From positions 1-64,000 of the forward strand of contig CDMY01000718.1 in NCBI GenBank assembly GCA_001179505.1: a DNA stretch of 64,000 bases, written 5' to 3'. Of this stretch, positions 22,814 to 34,660 are shown piece after piece (the first letter of the stretch is position 1; each line of letters opens with the position of its first letter). Below the pieces are notes generated by a model. The model did no database searches. It was not told the origin of the DNA and saw only the letters and a list, made by a program, of their open reading frames with translations. This DNA is from Vitrella brassicaformis CCMP3155. Its lineage: Eukaryota > Protista > Chromerida. The translations under genes were made by a program, and so were the position numbers.

Positions 22814-24785
22814 CGGCGCCTGGCTCTTTCTCTGCGCTGTCCTGACGCTCTTTATGACCCTTCTTTTGGCCGTATTGTTCGGTGGCGGATGGGTCGTCAT
22901 GTGGCTTTGCACTATGCTTGCGGCTCTTTTTCAGCTGATGTCTTTATTTCGTATTTGTCGTGCGCATGCCATTATCACAAGAGCTCCATGCCTTCCATTT
23001 TTCAATGTGTCGGAGCTCCCACTAGATGCAATGCGGATTGGGTGTCCACACATTGGGAGCACTGATCTGTTCTTTGTTGTGGAGTGGGTGGTCACACTGG
23101 GCGTGGCTGCGTGCGGTGAGCGGCGTGACGTGTCGTGGCGTTGCTGGTTGCGTTCTGTCCTCACGGCTCAACCCTGCTTTATGCGGCAGTGTCGCTTGTT
23201 GTGGTGTTCGGTGTGCCGTTTGTCTCTCGTTGTGTCGCCAGGCCGGCCGGGAGCTAGACAGGCGACCAACGAAACACACACCATACACACACCAGTCAGG
23301 CTGTCGGAATGGTTGTGAATATATCCGTCACACACGGCCTGCCCACAGACAGACGACGAGTGAGACGCGCCCGTTTGCCTGAATGCATGATGGGGGACCT
23401 GTCGGATCGACTGTTTCATCCATATGCATTCACTCAACCACACAGATGCTTGAGCCCACTGTCGTCATGCAGCCACGCTTCATGCACCATACGCATCATG
23501 AACGAGGAGGGCAGCTCACCACACACCCCACACACGCACACCCACCTCCTCTCACTCACCGAATGTTGGGCAGGTTTGTTGCCGCTCGGAAAGCGGGTTG
23601 GTCCAAGGACCTGGTTGATGCTGCACAGGTGGTCGAAGGACCTCAGGGGTTCCCCCAGCACGACCTTCATCGAGGCACCTGACGACACGACACACACGAC
23701 AACACACGGAGAAATCCACGCATGGACGATGATGGGATGCGTGCATCGGTGTGCGTCTCATCACTCTGTGACGCTTACTTGTGCTGAGAGGAAATTCGAA
23801 GCCGAAGGGGCCAGCCGACAGGCACGTGCCCCCCCCTCCGGCACTGTCTCCATCGAGCCCCTGCACGCACGCACCCACACACACCAAAGAGGGATACACA
23901 CAAGGACGGCCGACAGTGAGCACGGTGTGTGTCCATCCTTACATGTGCGGGAAGGGATCCTTTTATCTTTTTCGAATCGCTAATCTATGTGCCTGTCTGT
24001 CTGTCTGTCCTGCCTACAGGAAGGAAGAATAGATGTGGCGCCAGTTCGTCTGGGCGCCTCATGACGCCTAGCGTGCGCCTCGCTAGGCATTATGAAGGCG
24101 CCCAGCATTACTGACTTTTGTTGTTGTAGAGAGATAAGGATCGCCTGTCTGATATGGGCCTACCTAGCTACCACTGCATTCATGTGCACATGTAACCGGG
24201 TGGGATGGCACTTCCGTAATGCCTTCCGCTTGTGCGTTCAGCATGCTTCAGTGCCACTCCCCAGAGAGCGCGACGGCGTCATCTCTGTCCCCCCTGCGCA
24301 ACCCCCAACGGGGCACTTGCACAGAGGAGAACCCACACTCATAGGCAGCCCTCCCTGTCTCCATCGAGACCTGGGAGGGACACCTTATTTAAGTCTATAA
24401 AACCGGCGAAGGCCGGGGCTGGGCGGATGCCTGAAATACACACACACACACACACACAACACAGACAGAAAGGGACAGAAAGAGAGGATGTGTACAGATG
24501 GGTGTCGATTGTGTGTGTGTGTGTGCAGGTTCGTGCAGGTTCGTGTGTGTGAGCTGCCCTCCTCGTTCGTTCACTTCACATGCGTTAAAGTCATGCAGAT
24601 GGAAACGTACAACTGCTGCTACAGAGTACCACATTTACACAGGAAGAAAGAGCTAGAAAGAGCCAGCAGGTCACACCCCATCTGTACACTTCCCTCTATC
24701 TCAAACAGGCAGCAGCCACCACCAAAAACAGCTGGGATCTTCGGTAACTCGCGGCTTCTTTCTCAGCATCAGCATCGTCGGCAGG

Positions 24786-26012
24786 TCAGCTGGTCGCCTT
24801 TGTGTTCTTGAAGGCAGCGGCGGCATTGTTGAGGACGTGAAGCGCCATGCAGAACAGACCCGAGTGATACTGCACATGCACACAGATGGATGAAAGGACA
24901 GCCTGTGTGTAGGTCCTCTTGTGTGTGCACGTGTGTACCTTCTCCATGAGCATGGCCATGCTGATGGACAGACCGATGGCCCGCAGACTCTCATTGTCCG
25001 CCATGCAGTTCACATACGTCTGGTAGTCGATCGTCTCCTCCTCCTTCTCGAGTCGCTCGAGCCACTCGGCCTCCGTCACGCCGAACGTGCTCTCCATCCC
25101 ATAGCTCTCGTGCAGGCACGCGCAAACGAATGTGCTGACCATGACCCGCACGAAGCGCATCACAGGCGAGTCGATCAGCTGCTGCGCCTCGTCCACCTCT
25201 TCTTGCTGCTGTTCTTGTCTCGGTTCTCGCCTCCACAGGCGGCTGAGCAGCGGCCGCCGTCTTGCCGCCTCCACCATTGCCTGGAGTGCCTCTCGCCGCT
25301 CCTTCCTCCTTCTGGTGTGGCGGCGGATGATGCTCAGTGGCAGCCGCCTCAGCAGCAGCTCCTGCACCAGCAGGCGACACTCGATCTCCTCCACAATCGG
25401 CGCGATCACCACTCCACTCAGCATCGAGTAGTGAGGCGACTTCGGTGTCAGACTGTGGATCAGGGCTCTCTGCCGGCCACGCAACCACCCGATGATCCCC
25501 CCAGCTGCGCCAAAGATGCGTACGGCATGTCCGTGCCGCGATAGCTCCTGAGCAATGGCCGCGCCCAGGATGACAGGGAGGGCGGGCAGCTCGGTGAGAT
25601 AGTGCATGATGAGCCGCTCGAACTGCTGCAGCTCGAGGCTGTGCTTGTGCTTGCGGATCTCCCTCAGGTCCTCCTTGAGCAGTTTCTCCGCCTTTGCGAG
25701 GCCGGCCGGCGGCTCCTTGTGGCACTTCTTGAGCGCGCGAACCTCAACCAGCTGCTGGCAGATGAGCCGCTCCAGCTGGCACACCTCGCAAAGCTCCAAG
25801 TCGTGCTTGGCGCTGCACTGCGATGCCTTGACAGGCCGCAACGACGCAGCTGCGCTCTCGCACGATGGCCGCTGACTAGGACGGCAGGGCTTGGCAGCAG
25901 CGGCAGCAGTAGATGTGCCACGGCAGCGTCGGCTGAAGAAAGACGTTTGTCCGGCAGAGATGAGGTGCAGGCAGCTCAGAAAGAGAACAGGAAACGCCGG
26001 AAAGGGATACAT
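24786..26012 (-). CDS. CPBP/Abi (CAAX protease-like) intramembrane metalloprotease with N-terminal signal peptide
   Basis: Motifs APIVEEIECR (EExxxR), STFVCACLH and LHVLNN (HxxxN) are present. The N-terminus MYPFPAFPVLFLSCLHLISAG is hydrophobic. One short intron lies near 24870-24935. Confidence 0.75.
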   Translation of the reverse strand: MYPFPAFPVLFLSCLHLISAGQTSFFSRRCRGTSTAAAAAKPCRPSQRPSCESAAASLRPVKASQCSAKHDLELCEVCQLERLICQQLVEVRALKKCHKEPPAGLAKAEKLLKEDLREIRKHKHSLELQQFERLIMHYLTELPALPVILGAAIAQELSRHGHAVRIFGAAGGIIGWLRGRQRALIHSLTPKSPHYSMLSGVVIAPIVEEIECRLLVQELLLRRLPLSIIRRHTRRRKERREALQAMVEAARRRPLLSRLWRREPRQEQQQEEVDEAQQLIDSPVMRFVRVMVSTFVCACLHESYGMESTFGVTEAEWLERLEKEEETIDYQTYVNCMADNESLRAIGLSISMAMLMEKVHTCTHKRTYTQAVLSSICVHVQYHSGLFCMALHVLNNAAAAFKNTKATS

Positions 26013-26230
26013 CCTGGATGATCGGGATGGCCCCACAGGCAGAGGACTTCCGAGGCTCGCACATTCCTGGCGCCAGATCTGCCACCATTACGACATCCGC
26101 AGGGATCCCATTCTCCTTGTTCAACCATCCAATGAGAAGAAAGCATCTTGATTGTCATCCCGACCTCTGCAGATCTGCCTCTGCCAGCTCCCAGCCGTGT
26201 TACTCATTGAAGAGGCCCTTCAGCGTTTCC

Positions 26231-27286
26231 ATGCGCTTCGTGGTGTCCGCCTGCATCCTCATCTTCACGCTTGAAGCGTCGCTGTGCTCTGCCGGGAGGT
26301 CACGGAGGCGGTTGCTGGAGAGAAGGAGACCGGCCTTATGGGGCAACAGCGCTCGGCATCGGTGCTGCGCATCAGCTCATCTTCCCCAGTGGCTGAACCG
26401 CCCCAAGGTCAGGCAAGCTGTGCACCACCTGCAGCGCTCATTCACCGGGGACGCGAGAAGGCGTCTTATCCGCTACTATCTGCTGCAAGAGCTGGTGAGT
26501 ATCGGCGGCACCTACCTCAACTTCGAGCTCTCCCAGCGGGGCATGGCTGTGCGGCTTCCGTGGTGGGTCAACCGATGCATTCGGTGGCACAACTGGCAGC
26601 ACGTCAAGATCCGCGAGCTCTTCACCACTCAGATCCCCATCCAGTCGGCGCTCATCGCACCCATCCTGGAGGAGCTGGAGTTCAGATGGCTGCTGCAGGA
26701 GGGCCTCCTGCGCCAGCTGCCCAGGCTGGCGGCAATGTGGCTGTCTGGGGACGATCCTCGCGGCTTTGGTGCGGCCATTGTGCGGTGGCTGAGACGTCTG
26801 CGGGGCAATCATGACAAGGCCAACTCAAGGCAGAGGAGAAAGAGATGGGCGCGCTCGTCTGACGACCATCGGAGGATGCCCCTGGCCTTCATCGACTCGC
26901 CCCCATGTCGGCTGCTGCGTGTACTGCTCACGTCCATCATCTTCTCCATCCCTCACCACCAGGAGCCAGGGCCCATCGAGCTGGCGCCTGCCCGGGCAGC
27001 CAGCAGCGACGCCGCCCTCCCCGCTGGCCGTGCTGCGCGGAGAAAGAGGCGGCGCAAGCTCGATGGGCGGACACTGGAGAGATGCATCTACGCCAATCGC
27101 ATCTTGACGGCGTTCGGTCAGGGTGTGATATGGGGCTGGGTTGAGGAGGAGGCCCACGAGATCGTGCGGTGCATAGCGCTGCACATGCTGCACAACACGC
27201 AGCAGCGTGTGTGCATCGAGCTGCTCAAGAGGGTGCTGAATTGGAGGGAGGACATCAGGCAGAGGAGGGAAGACAGGATGGCCTGA
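26231..27286 (+). CDS. CPBP/Abi (CAAX protease-like) intramembrane metalloprotease paralog, intronless
   Basis: Motifs APILEELEFR, IIFSIPH (FxxxH) and LHMLHN are present. The signal peptide MRFVVSACILIFTLEASLCSAG is followed by an R-rich stretch. Confidence 0.8.
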   Translation: MRFVVSACILIFTLEASLCSAGRSRRRLLERRRPALWGNSARHRCCASAHLPQWLNRPKVRQAVHHLQRSFTGDARRRLIRYYLLQELVSIGGTYLNFELSQRGMAVRLPWWVNRCIRWHNWQHVKIRELFTTQIPIQSALIAPILEELEFRWLLQEGLLRQLPRLAAMWLSGDDPRGFGAAIVRWLRRLRGNHDKANSRQRRKRWARSSDDHRRMPLAFIDSPPCRLLRVLLTSIIFSIPHHQEPGPIELAPARAASSDAALPAGRAARRKRRRKLDGRTLERCIYANRILTAFGQGVIWGWVEEEAHEIVRCIALHMLHNTQQRVCIELLKRVLNWREDIRQRREDRMA

Positions 27287-28011
27287 TCCATCGCTGATGA
27301 TGGGCCGAGTGAGTGAGTGAGTGAGAAAATCCGACTGAGAGGGGAATGCAATTGCTGTGCAGTCGTTTTAGAGAGAAAGGAGGCAGAGGAAGGTGTGTAT
27401 AGGCAGAGTGAGAGTGATGAGAGACCGACCGACTCGATGTTTCTTTGGATGCACGTGTGGTTCAATCAATAGTTGTCCGCCAAATCCACGCTACCATCCA
27501 CATATTGTCCATGGAAATTATTCGTTTAAGAAGAGAGCCGCCGAAGAGTCTTGACACATGTACTTATGTAGACACGGGTCACAAGGCAGGCAGGCAGGCA
27601 GGCAGACAGGCAGGCATGTGTGTGCGGCCATGTGAGTACATCTCGGGGTAGCTCTGACTGACAGGGATTTGCCTCAGTGAGCGGGGGCATCTGGTTGGTT
27701 CAAAGCTTGGTTGTCGGCTGATGCGGCCCGTCCCACGCGACACACACACGGGCCAAGAGACAGAATGCACGAATGCGATGATGGAGCCCACGTGCATCTG
27801 AAGGCGTGACATCCACTGACTTGACGGCCACATGACTGCCCACCTCTTGGGCAATGCCATTGTCACGCACAGCCTCAAGATTGGATGGATGCATAATCAC
27901 GCAGTCGTGTGTGCGTCTATCGGACACACGGATGCCAAGGGCGTCCATTCATCCTCACACACAAACATACAATCGTCGCTGTACATACATACAAGACACG
28001 AGAGAGCAGAG

Positions 28012-29588
28012 CTAAAAAAAAGTGAGCACCTCCAGCTCGTCGGCAACAAACGAAAAGTGCCCTCCCAACACAGCGTTATCATGTTCGTCTCTTGCCCCAC
28101 GATAGCCTTCTGGCACGTACCGACTGTCGATAGACTGACTGCAGCTGCGCATATCTGCGGCTGGGCCACAGCCCAGCCACAGATCCCAGTGGCCAATCTG
28201 CAGTCTCGCTACCCCAAACACCGCCCCCTGTCTGCCAGCCACATCCACCCCCGTTCTGGTCTGGTTCACATCGATCCTTCGCGGTGTGTCAAAGTGGCCA
28301 GCTAGAGAAAAATGGCTCACATCACACTCGTAGGTGTTGACAGCAGTGGGCTCATCCGGCAGGGTGATGCCGGCACTGATCCATGCGCCGAAGAGGTACT
28401 GATTCGCGCGAATGACGAACACCAGTTCCTCCGTGTTGCCAACGCAGCGCAGCAGATCGTCATACGATGGCCCATCACGTGTGGAACTGATGAAGGAGAG
28501 AGCGAGATGCAGAGAGCACCGGGATGGCGGCTGCGCTTGTGCGTACCGATATAGGGATCGAAGAGAGTTGTCTGCGTTCATCCAGTATCTGATGAGCATG
28601 TCCTGCACCGTGGTCAGCGTGCTCTGGGGCACCAGCGCCTGCAACCACACACATGACATGAAAGAAAAGAGAGCGTGGTGACTCACTGACACAAGTCAGT
28701 CATAGAGAGACCCTCTCGTCAATCACCCTGTTCCAGGTACCTACCTACCGTCATGAAGTCGTGCACTTGTCGTCTCATCGATGACAGTCCCGCCTCCATG
28801 TCGATGTCATCCTGCAGGCCCCACACCTCGACGACCTTGCCGATGTCGGCCAGGGTCAGCGAATAGGCAGCTGTGGCGCACTTGTGGAGCAGAGCTATGT
28901 CGTCCCGCTCTGACCAACCAAACGATGACATATCGCCTATTCTGCGGCGCGTGTGTGTCTGTATGTGTGTGGGTGTGTGGGTGTGTGTGTATAGATACCC
29001 ACCCCTTTGATCATTCATCTGGGCTACTGCACAAATGCCAACAGACACGCAGAGTGCATCCACAGACTGCCTTCGTTGGTTCGTGTGTGTGCAGGTGACC
29101 TGATCGCACGTGGGCTTCGACTGCTGCTGCCAGTGCGTAGTTCTTGGGCACCTCCTCATTGGCCGGAGTGGTCACCCTGGGTACAGAGAGAAGCATCACA
29201 GCCCTTAGCCCTTTTCTCCACCCCTACCGGCATCTGTATGGGCACGTGATGGCGCCATTCCTGGCGTGCCGCTGCAGATCCATGACACACTGCACACATG
29301 CAGTACACGACAGGAAAGAACGAACCAAGGCGAGCATTACAGCAGCTGGCTGCCTCTGGCGCTTCTCACCCCTGCGCAGAACGAGTGACCTGGACACACA
29401 AGCGAAATACACACACACACACACACAAATTAAGAGCTGTTGCATGTGACTGGACTCACACGATGTTTCTTTGCCTTACCGCATCTGAGTTGTCGCGGCT
29501 CGTGCCTTGCACTGCTCTCGAAGGCAGCATGACAGATGGTGCACGCCAGATGCTCATGCTCATCAGGGAAACCTGCTTGTTCTGCCAT
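28012..29588 (-). CDS. RING-HC finger + TLDc domain protein, paralog of 21288-22813
   Basis: MAEQAGFPDEHEHLACTICHAAFESSARHEPRQLRCG|HSFCAG|CVMDLQRHARNGAITCPYRC|RVTT...KNYAL, shared linker DMEAGLSSMRRQVHDFMT, and TLDc ending FVADELEVLTFF*. Introns fall at equivalent positions in the paralog. Confidence 0.8.
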
Positions 29589-29760
29589 CACGGATGAATG
29601 AATCTCACTATGAATGCAATTCTCCTCTTCAGAGGGGGGCCAGCTGGCCAGCTATTCTACCCGCCCATCACTTGGATATTCCAGGAAGCCGCTTTTCTTC
29701 GAGCTCGCAGCGTCGATTCGACGACGATGGAAGTTGGAGATCTTTCGTGATCTGCGGTGC

Positions 29761-32700
29761 GATGGCGTCAGCAGCAGGCAGCCGGACCATCGCTGATGCG
29801 CTCCGCAGGTGTAATTCCCGCGACATTCTGGACATGTCATGCCGTGAGCCCGTCACCAACTCGCCCTTCGGCCACACGGCAGTGACCAAGCTGGAGATCT
29901 TCAGGCGGATTCGGCAGCTGGGGATGAGGAATGTGGCAGCTCTTGCCTGGTATGACGACTACTCTCCGGTGGAGGACCAATTCCTCGAGCTGCTGGTGGC
30001 CGAGGAACCTCTGTTGAATGGGATCGTCGTCATGTTCCCGACAGGTGCGCACACACGATTTCATTGCATTGCGGTGATCGAGCCTTCTCATTACGTCTTG
30101 TGGTGTCTGTCTGCAGGTGACCAGTCCGCGCTCGCCAAGCTGCGGGCATCGTCCATCCCCAACGTGTTCATCGACGTCTACCTCTCACCCCGCAATCAGC
30201 GCGGCGCTGTTGACGCATCGTCCGGCCCCCAGACCCACCTGCAGCAGACCCTCCAGTCGATTCTGGAGCACTTCAAGGCCATCAGCGGGCAGCGGCAGCC
30301 ACCTCCAAATTGTGGTGTGAACCTTGATTGGAAGTACCGCTACCACATCTACGTCAACCTGGTGGATCTATGCGATGCGCCCATCGGCACGCCGGCCACT
30401 GATGCCGTTATCGCCTACCTCAAGCATGCCAACATCCCCAACGTGACGCACATCTGCTTTGAGGAGTTCAGGGGCGACTGGACGCACGAGAAATACGGCG
30501 AGGTGGCGGCCTTACTCAGGTGAAGTCTCAGACGAGGCAGCACGACTGACTGATGGATTGAAGGCTTCTTGTTTGTCTCCATTCAGGTCACATTTCCCTC
30601 GCGGCCGCTATAAGCTGCTCGTCCACGCCCACGCTGGCGCAGTGGCCAACGACACGGGCGCGTGCACTTTGGAAGCTGTCAAGCACGGGGCGGACGGCAT
30701 CTGGTCGGCCTTTTTGCCCGACGCCGCCCAGGTTGGCCACAACGCCTCCATTCGTTTCCTCAGTGACCTCTGGCGCTTCGACCATCCCACTGTGGATCAC
30801 TTCTACTCATTCGACAAAGTGAGCAGACACACACGGGCAAAGATCGCTGAGCACTTTGGTGTGAATTTGGTGCTTCAGATGATCCCACTGGCCCGCGAGC
30901 TCCATGAGCTGAGCTTTCCGGGCGTCCCTATCGATCCGCGGTGCCCCATCTACGGCGCCCATGCGGCTGCCTGGGTCAATCAGGCCTTCAGACACCAGGA
31001 CAACTCGCCACACGCGTTCCCGGCCGAAGCGGTGGGCCACATGCACGTTGAAGTAATAGCACACGACACGATTGTGCCTGTCTGCTGTGCATTTTTGTGT
31101 CAGTTTGGCGGCTTTAATCGATCGCGGATCGCTCCAATGATCTCCGACGACACCACAATTGCCGGGCGAGTGGGCGAGGTGGTCGGCACGTCTTTTACCG
31201 GGCTGCCACTCGAGAGGCAGCAAGAGGTCGCTCGACGGATACGTCGGTGTATGCACGCCGTGCTGGCTGATGGGCGACGCTATGACTTCGATCATCCCGA
31301 GATCGTCAAGTGGATCTATCAACACGTATGTGACAACTGACAGGCCATCAAGTCGAGCTTGTACCTCCTGTGGTGTCTTTCAGGTCTCTTTGCTGCGTGC
31401 TGATGAGGAAGTTGCAGCTCCATCGGCGCAGACAGAGCCTTTGCCGGCGATCCGCGACTCGCAGCCAGTGCCTGCGACTCAAAGGTGACGATGAGAGTGG
31501 CGAATTGCTTCATCCGAGTGAATACATCGCCTATGTTCTTGTCAGGGTCCCTAGTGTTCCGTTGGCGTCGGACGGTGACCATACGGACATCGACACGGCC
31601 ATGGCTGGTGAACAGAATATAGAGATCGCTCCGCAAACAAACAGGTGAGCAAACACAGTCCTCGTCACTGCACGTCCATCATCTCACGCTCATGCCCCTT
31701 TCTCAGGTCATCTGACGCATCCGCGGAAGACGGAGATGCATCTGCGACACATCTGGCCTCGCCCTCATCCCAGCGGCGGCCACTTGCGGGTCTGCAGAGA
31801 ATCGGCACCATCGAGCTGGGCGGCAATCCTGAAGAGAATCGTGCAGCGGTGGACAGACTGCGGGTAACTCAGCAGCACTAGATGCACGGGCCAGAGAATT
31901 CAAGCTTGCATGTGACCTCACCGTGTGTGTGTGTGTGCTGTTCCTGTGTGCTGTAGGATGTCCTCACATCGCGTGGCTGCCGGCGATCTCTCACTCAGCT
32001 GGTGGTGGCGATGAGCTTCTGCCGCATCAACAGCAGTGTCCTTCCCGTCTTGCAGTCCGTCGAGTCGCTGCACAGCTCGTGCTGCCGAGCCGACGCCGAT
32101 GTCGTCTTCGAGGCCCGACGTGTGGAGAGTTTCGACCTGTCGCTCTTCTACAGCGACGACTTTCCCCACAGCCCCTCCCCCCTCTTCATGATGGCCATGC
32201 AGGCGGTCGCACGGAAGGCGAGACAGGTGCTCTACATCATCAGCCAGCACGACCTCACCCACCCCGTCGACAGCCCCAGCCAAGCGGCCATCGACATCGC
32301 CAAGACACTCAAATTCGACAACGCGCATACCGCATTCGACGACCAACAAGTGTGTGTCCGTAATGCCCCTGGCTTCGTCCTCCCTGCCGACACGCCCTCA
32401 CCCCGCCCCGCCATCATCGAGTACCTGCAGCCGTTGCCAACGGACACTGAGCTGCACATTCGCAGCCCTGTTGGCGGTGCTGCGGGTCGACTGCTGACAC
32501 AGAAGATGCGCAGGAAGGTGAGCGTGAGCTTCACGAGAAGTGTGAGTCCAGAAGACAGAAGGGGCGTGTTAGAAGGCCTGGGGGAAGAGAGGCAGGTGAG
32601 CACCGTCCGTTTCGCGATGGGGGGGCGTTCTTCGGTAAGTCTCACTGAGGGTGCATTCGACGGCTGGCGATCGAATAGTTTCCCCTCAATTGAGTGTATA

Positions 32701-33057
32701 GTCATGGACTTAGCAGGTACGCAGTGCAGTGCAGGGGAAGTGTTCGTCGGCTGGCTGGCTGGTTCAGGTCATCTGTGCTTTCTTGTGTGTGCATTGTTGC
32801 CGTGTGTTTGTCATTCAGTGCCTCGCGAGTTGGAGGCCACTGCTGCTGTCGAGCTCATCTGCGGCGGCATCGAGTCTGTCGTCGGTGCGGTGGGAGGCCT
32901 GGAGGAGCTGACCATGTTTGTGCGTGGCGCCGAAGCCGCTCGCACCGCCGTTCAGCGGCTGCTTCCCACCGGCACGGATATCGGCAACAATTTCACTATC
33001 GGCACTATCTGGGAGGTACCATCGACCATTGTGCTCGCTGCAATTCGTCGCTGTTAG
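29761..33057 (+). CDS. DRE-TIM metallolyase (HMGL/LeuA-like barrel) domain fused to the C-terminal half of a lineage-specific repeat family
   Basis: ILDMSCREP (DxxxR-D/E motif), LLVHAHAG (HxH metal site) and EAVKHGADGIW define the barrel. In-phase splicing through 31385-31865 leads into PLAGLQRIGTIEL...FDLSLFYSDDFP..., which is homologous to the 48590-51410 gene. Confidence 0.6.
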
Positions 33058-34239
33058 AGAGTGAGCAGGGCAGTGAGCCTGGGATGTGTGTGTCTTCCAG
33101 GCTGTTTGTAGAGCACACAGCCAGACATCGCAGTACCATCGCTGCGACAACAAAGCGTCGCTGCAGACACCTTTTTGCTTCCCTTGCATGATGCTGCGTT
33201 GTCTGTTGTGCATATTTATCAACGAAGTGCTACCTACCTATGTGCCTTCGTGCAGTGCGTGTGCTGTGGCATGCGAAGGTCGGATTTGGCAGCCGGCGTG
33301 TGTGTTTCTGGATGCTTGCGAGTTTATCCATGGTGCACTCTGTCGTGTTGGTCGCGGTGCGGAGGTGGCATGCACATGGGAGGATAGCTGGCAGTGAATT
33401 ATGTAGTTGCTAGCGTGTGATGCTGATGGTGAAGTTGTCACCGACCTGTGTGCCGTCGTGTATGAGTGCCGCTTTGATTGGTGTTCTTTTCTTGTGCAAC
33501 CATTTATATGACGGTCTGCACGGATGTGTCCACGAGTCACACACGTGAAAGAGGCACGAGAGAGCCAGCCAGTTAGTGAGTGCTTGAAACGGGGTGACTG
33601 TGCAGGCAGGCAGGTGACGCATGGCATGCAGACATCCATCGAACCTCTCCCTCCCGTTTGTGTGTACCTCATCCTCGAACGTATGTGTATATCGGCATCG
33701 TTCCAAATCCGTCCGCTCGACGACAAACTGACACAAGCGTACGTAGCGCGTGCAAAGAAAGACGGGGATTGGCAAAAAAGTGTGTCGACCGACGGACGGC
33801 GCTTGAAGACAAATAGACGGGTACATATGACAGCTGAGTAAGAACAGAAACGCTCACCCAATCCGACCCGATCCTCACGTCAGCTGCTGACTTGGCCGGC
33901 CTCCTTTCGTCAGAGTGACCCTGACGAATGGCGGCCCTGACGGCCGTCAGATTACAGAGAGGAACCAATGCCAATCGACCAAAAACAAAACACGTCGCTG
34001 CGGTGGTAGCAGGTCAAGTGTATGTGATGCGGAGCCCATGAGTACACTCATTCACATGGATGGATACACACGCGTACTTACCCTCCCCATATCTACATAG
34101 CGTACACAGCGTGCGCAACGCATTCACACAAAAGTGCGTCAAAAGACCCCTTGTCTGTCTGTCAGGTTGGCTCAGGTCAATCAAGTGTGTCAGTGAAAAG
34201 AACCCCAGACAGACGGTTGATGCTCTCTCTGAAAGTCTC

Positions 34240-34660
34240 GTGAATGTCAATACACACACTCAGACAGACAGACAGACAGACAGGCGTATGTACACGAACG
34301 GTCCCATTCTCTCACACACGGGCACTCACGGCAGTCCGATCACCCCCATCCATCCCACCCCCTCACACACGCCGTCCATCCATTCACCATCCATTTCGCA
34401 TGGCCATCCATCCATCCATCCGTCCGTCCGTCCATCCATCGACACGCAGAAGGGGAAATACGTACCCCGGCGGCCGGCCAGCCAGGCAAGCACACAAAGG
34501 AAAAATGTGCATAGGCAGACAGACAGGAAGGCAGACAGCTGGACGGACATACTGACATACACACCACGGGATTTGCATGCACGCAAGTCAGTCAGTCAGT
34601 CAGTCAGTCAGGGGCGTGGGGTGGGGTGTTGTGGTGTGGTGTGGCGTGGCGTGTCGTGTG
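34240..34660. repeat. Microsatellite-rich tract ((CAGA)n, (CCAT)n, (GTCA)n, (GTGTG)n)
   Basis: Directly visible runs include cagacagacagacagacagacag, catccatccatccatcc, gtcagtcagtcagtcagtcagtcag and gtggtgtggtgtggcgtggc. Confidence 0.85.

Noticed and set aside
23380-24070. Possible short spliced gene on the minus strand
   Set aside because: Several donor/acceptor pairs exist, but I could not build a unique in-phase model or find any recognisable motif.
33900-33960. Hammerhead ribozyme
   Set aside because: CUGACGA and a stem are present, but the following conserved GAAA is replaced by GAUU and stems I/III cannot be formed convincingly.
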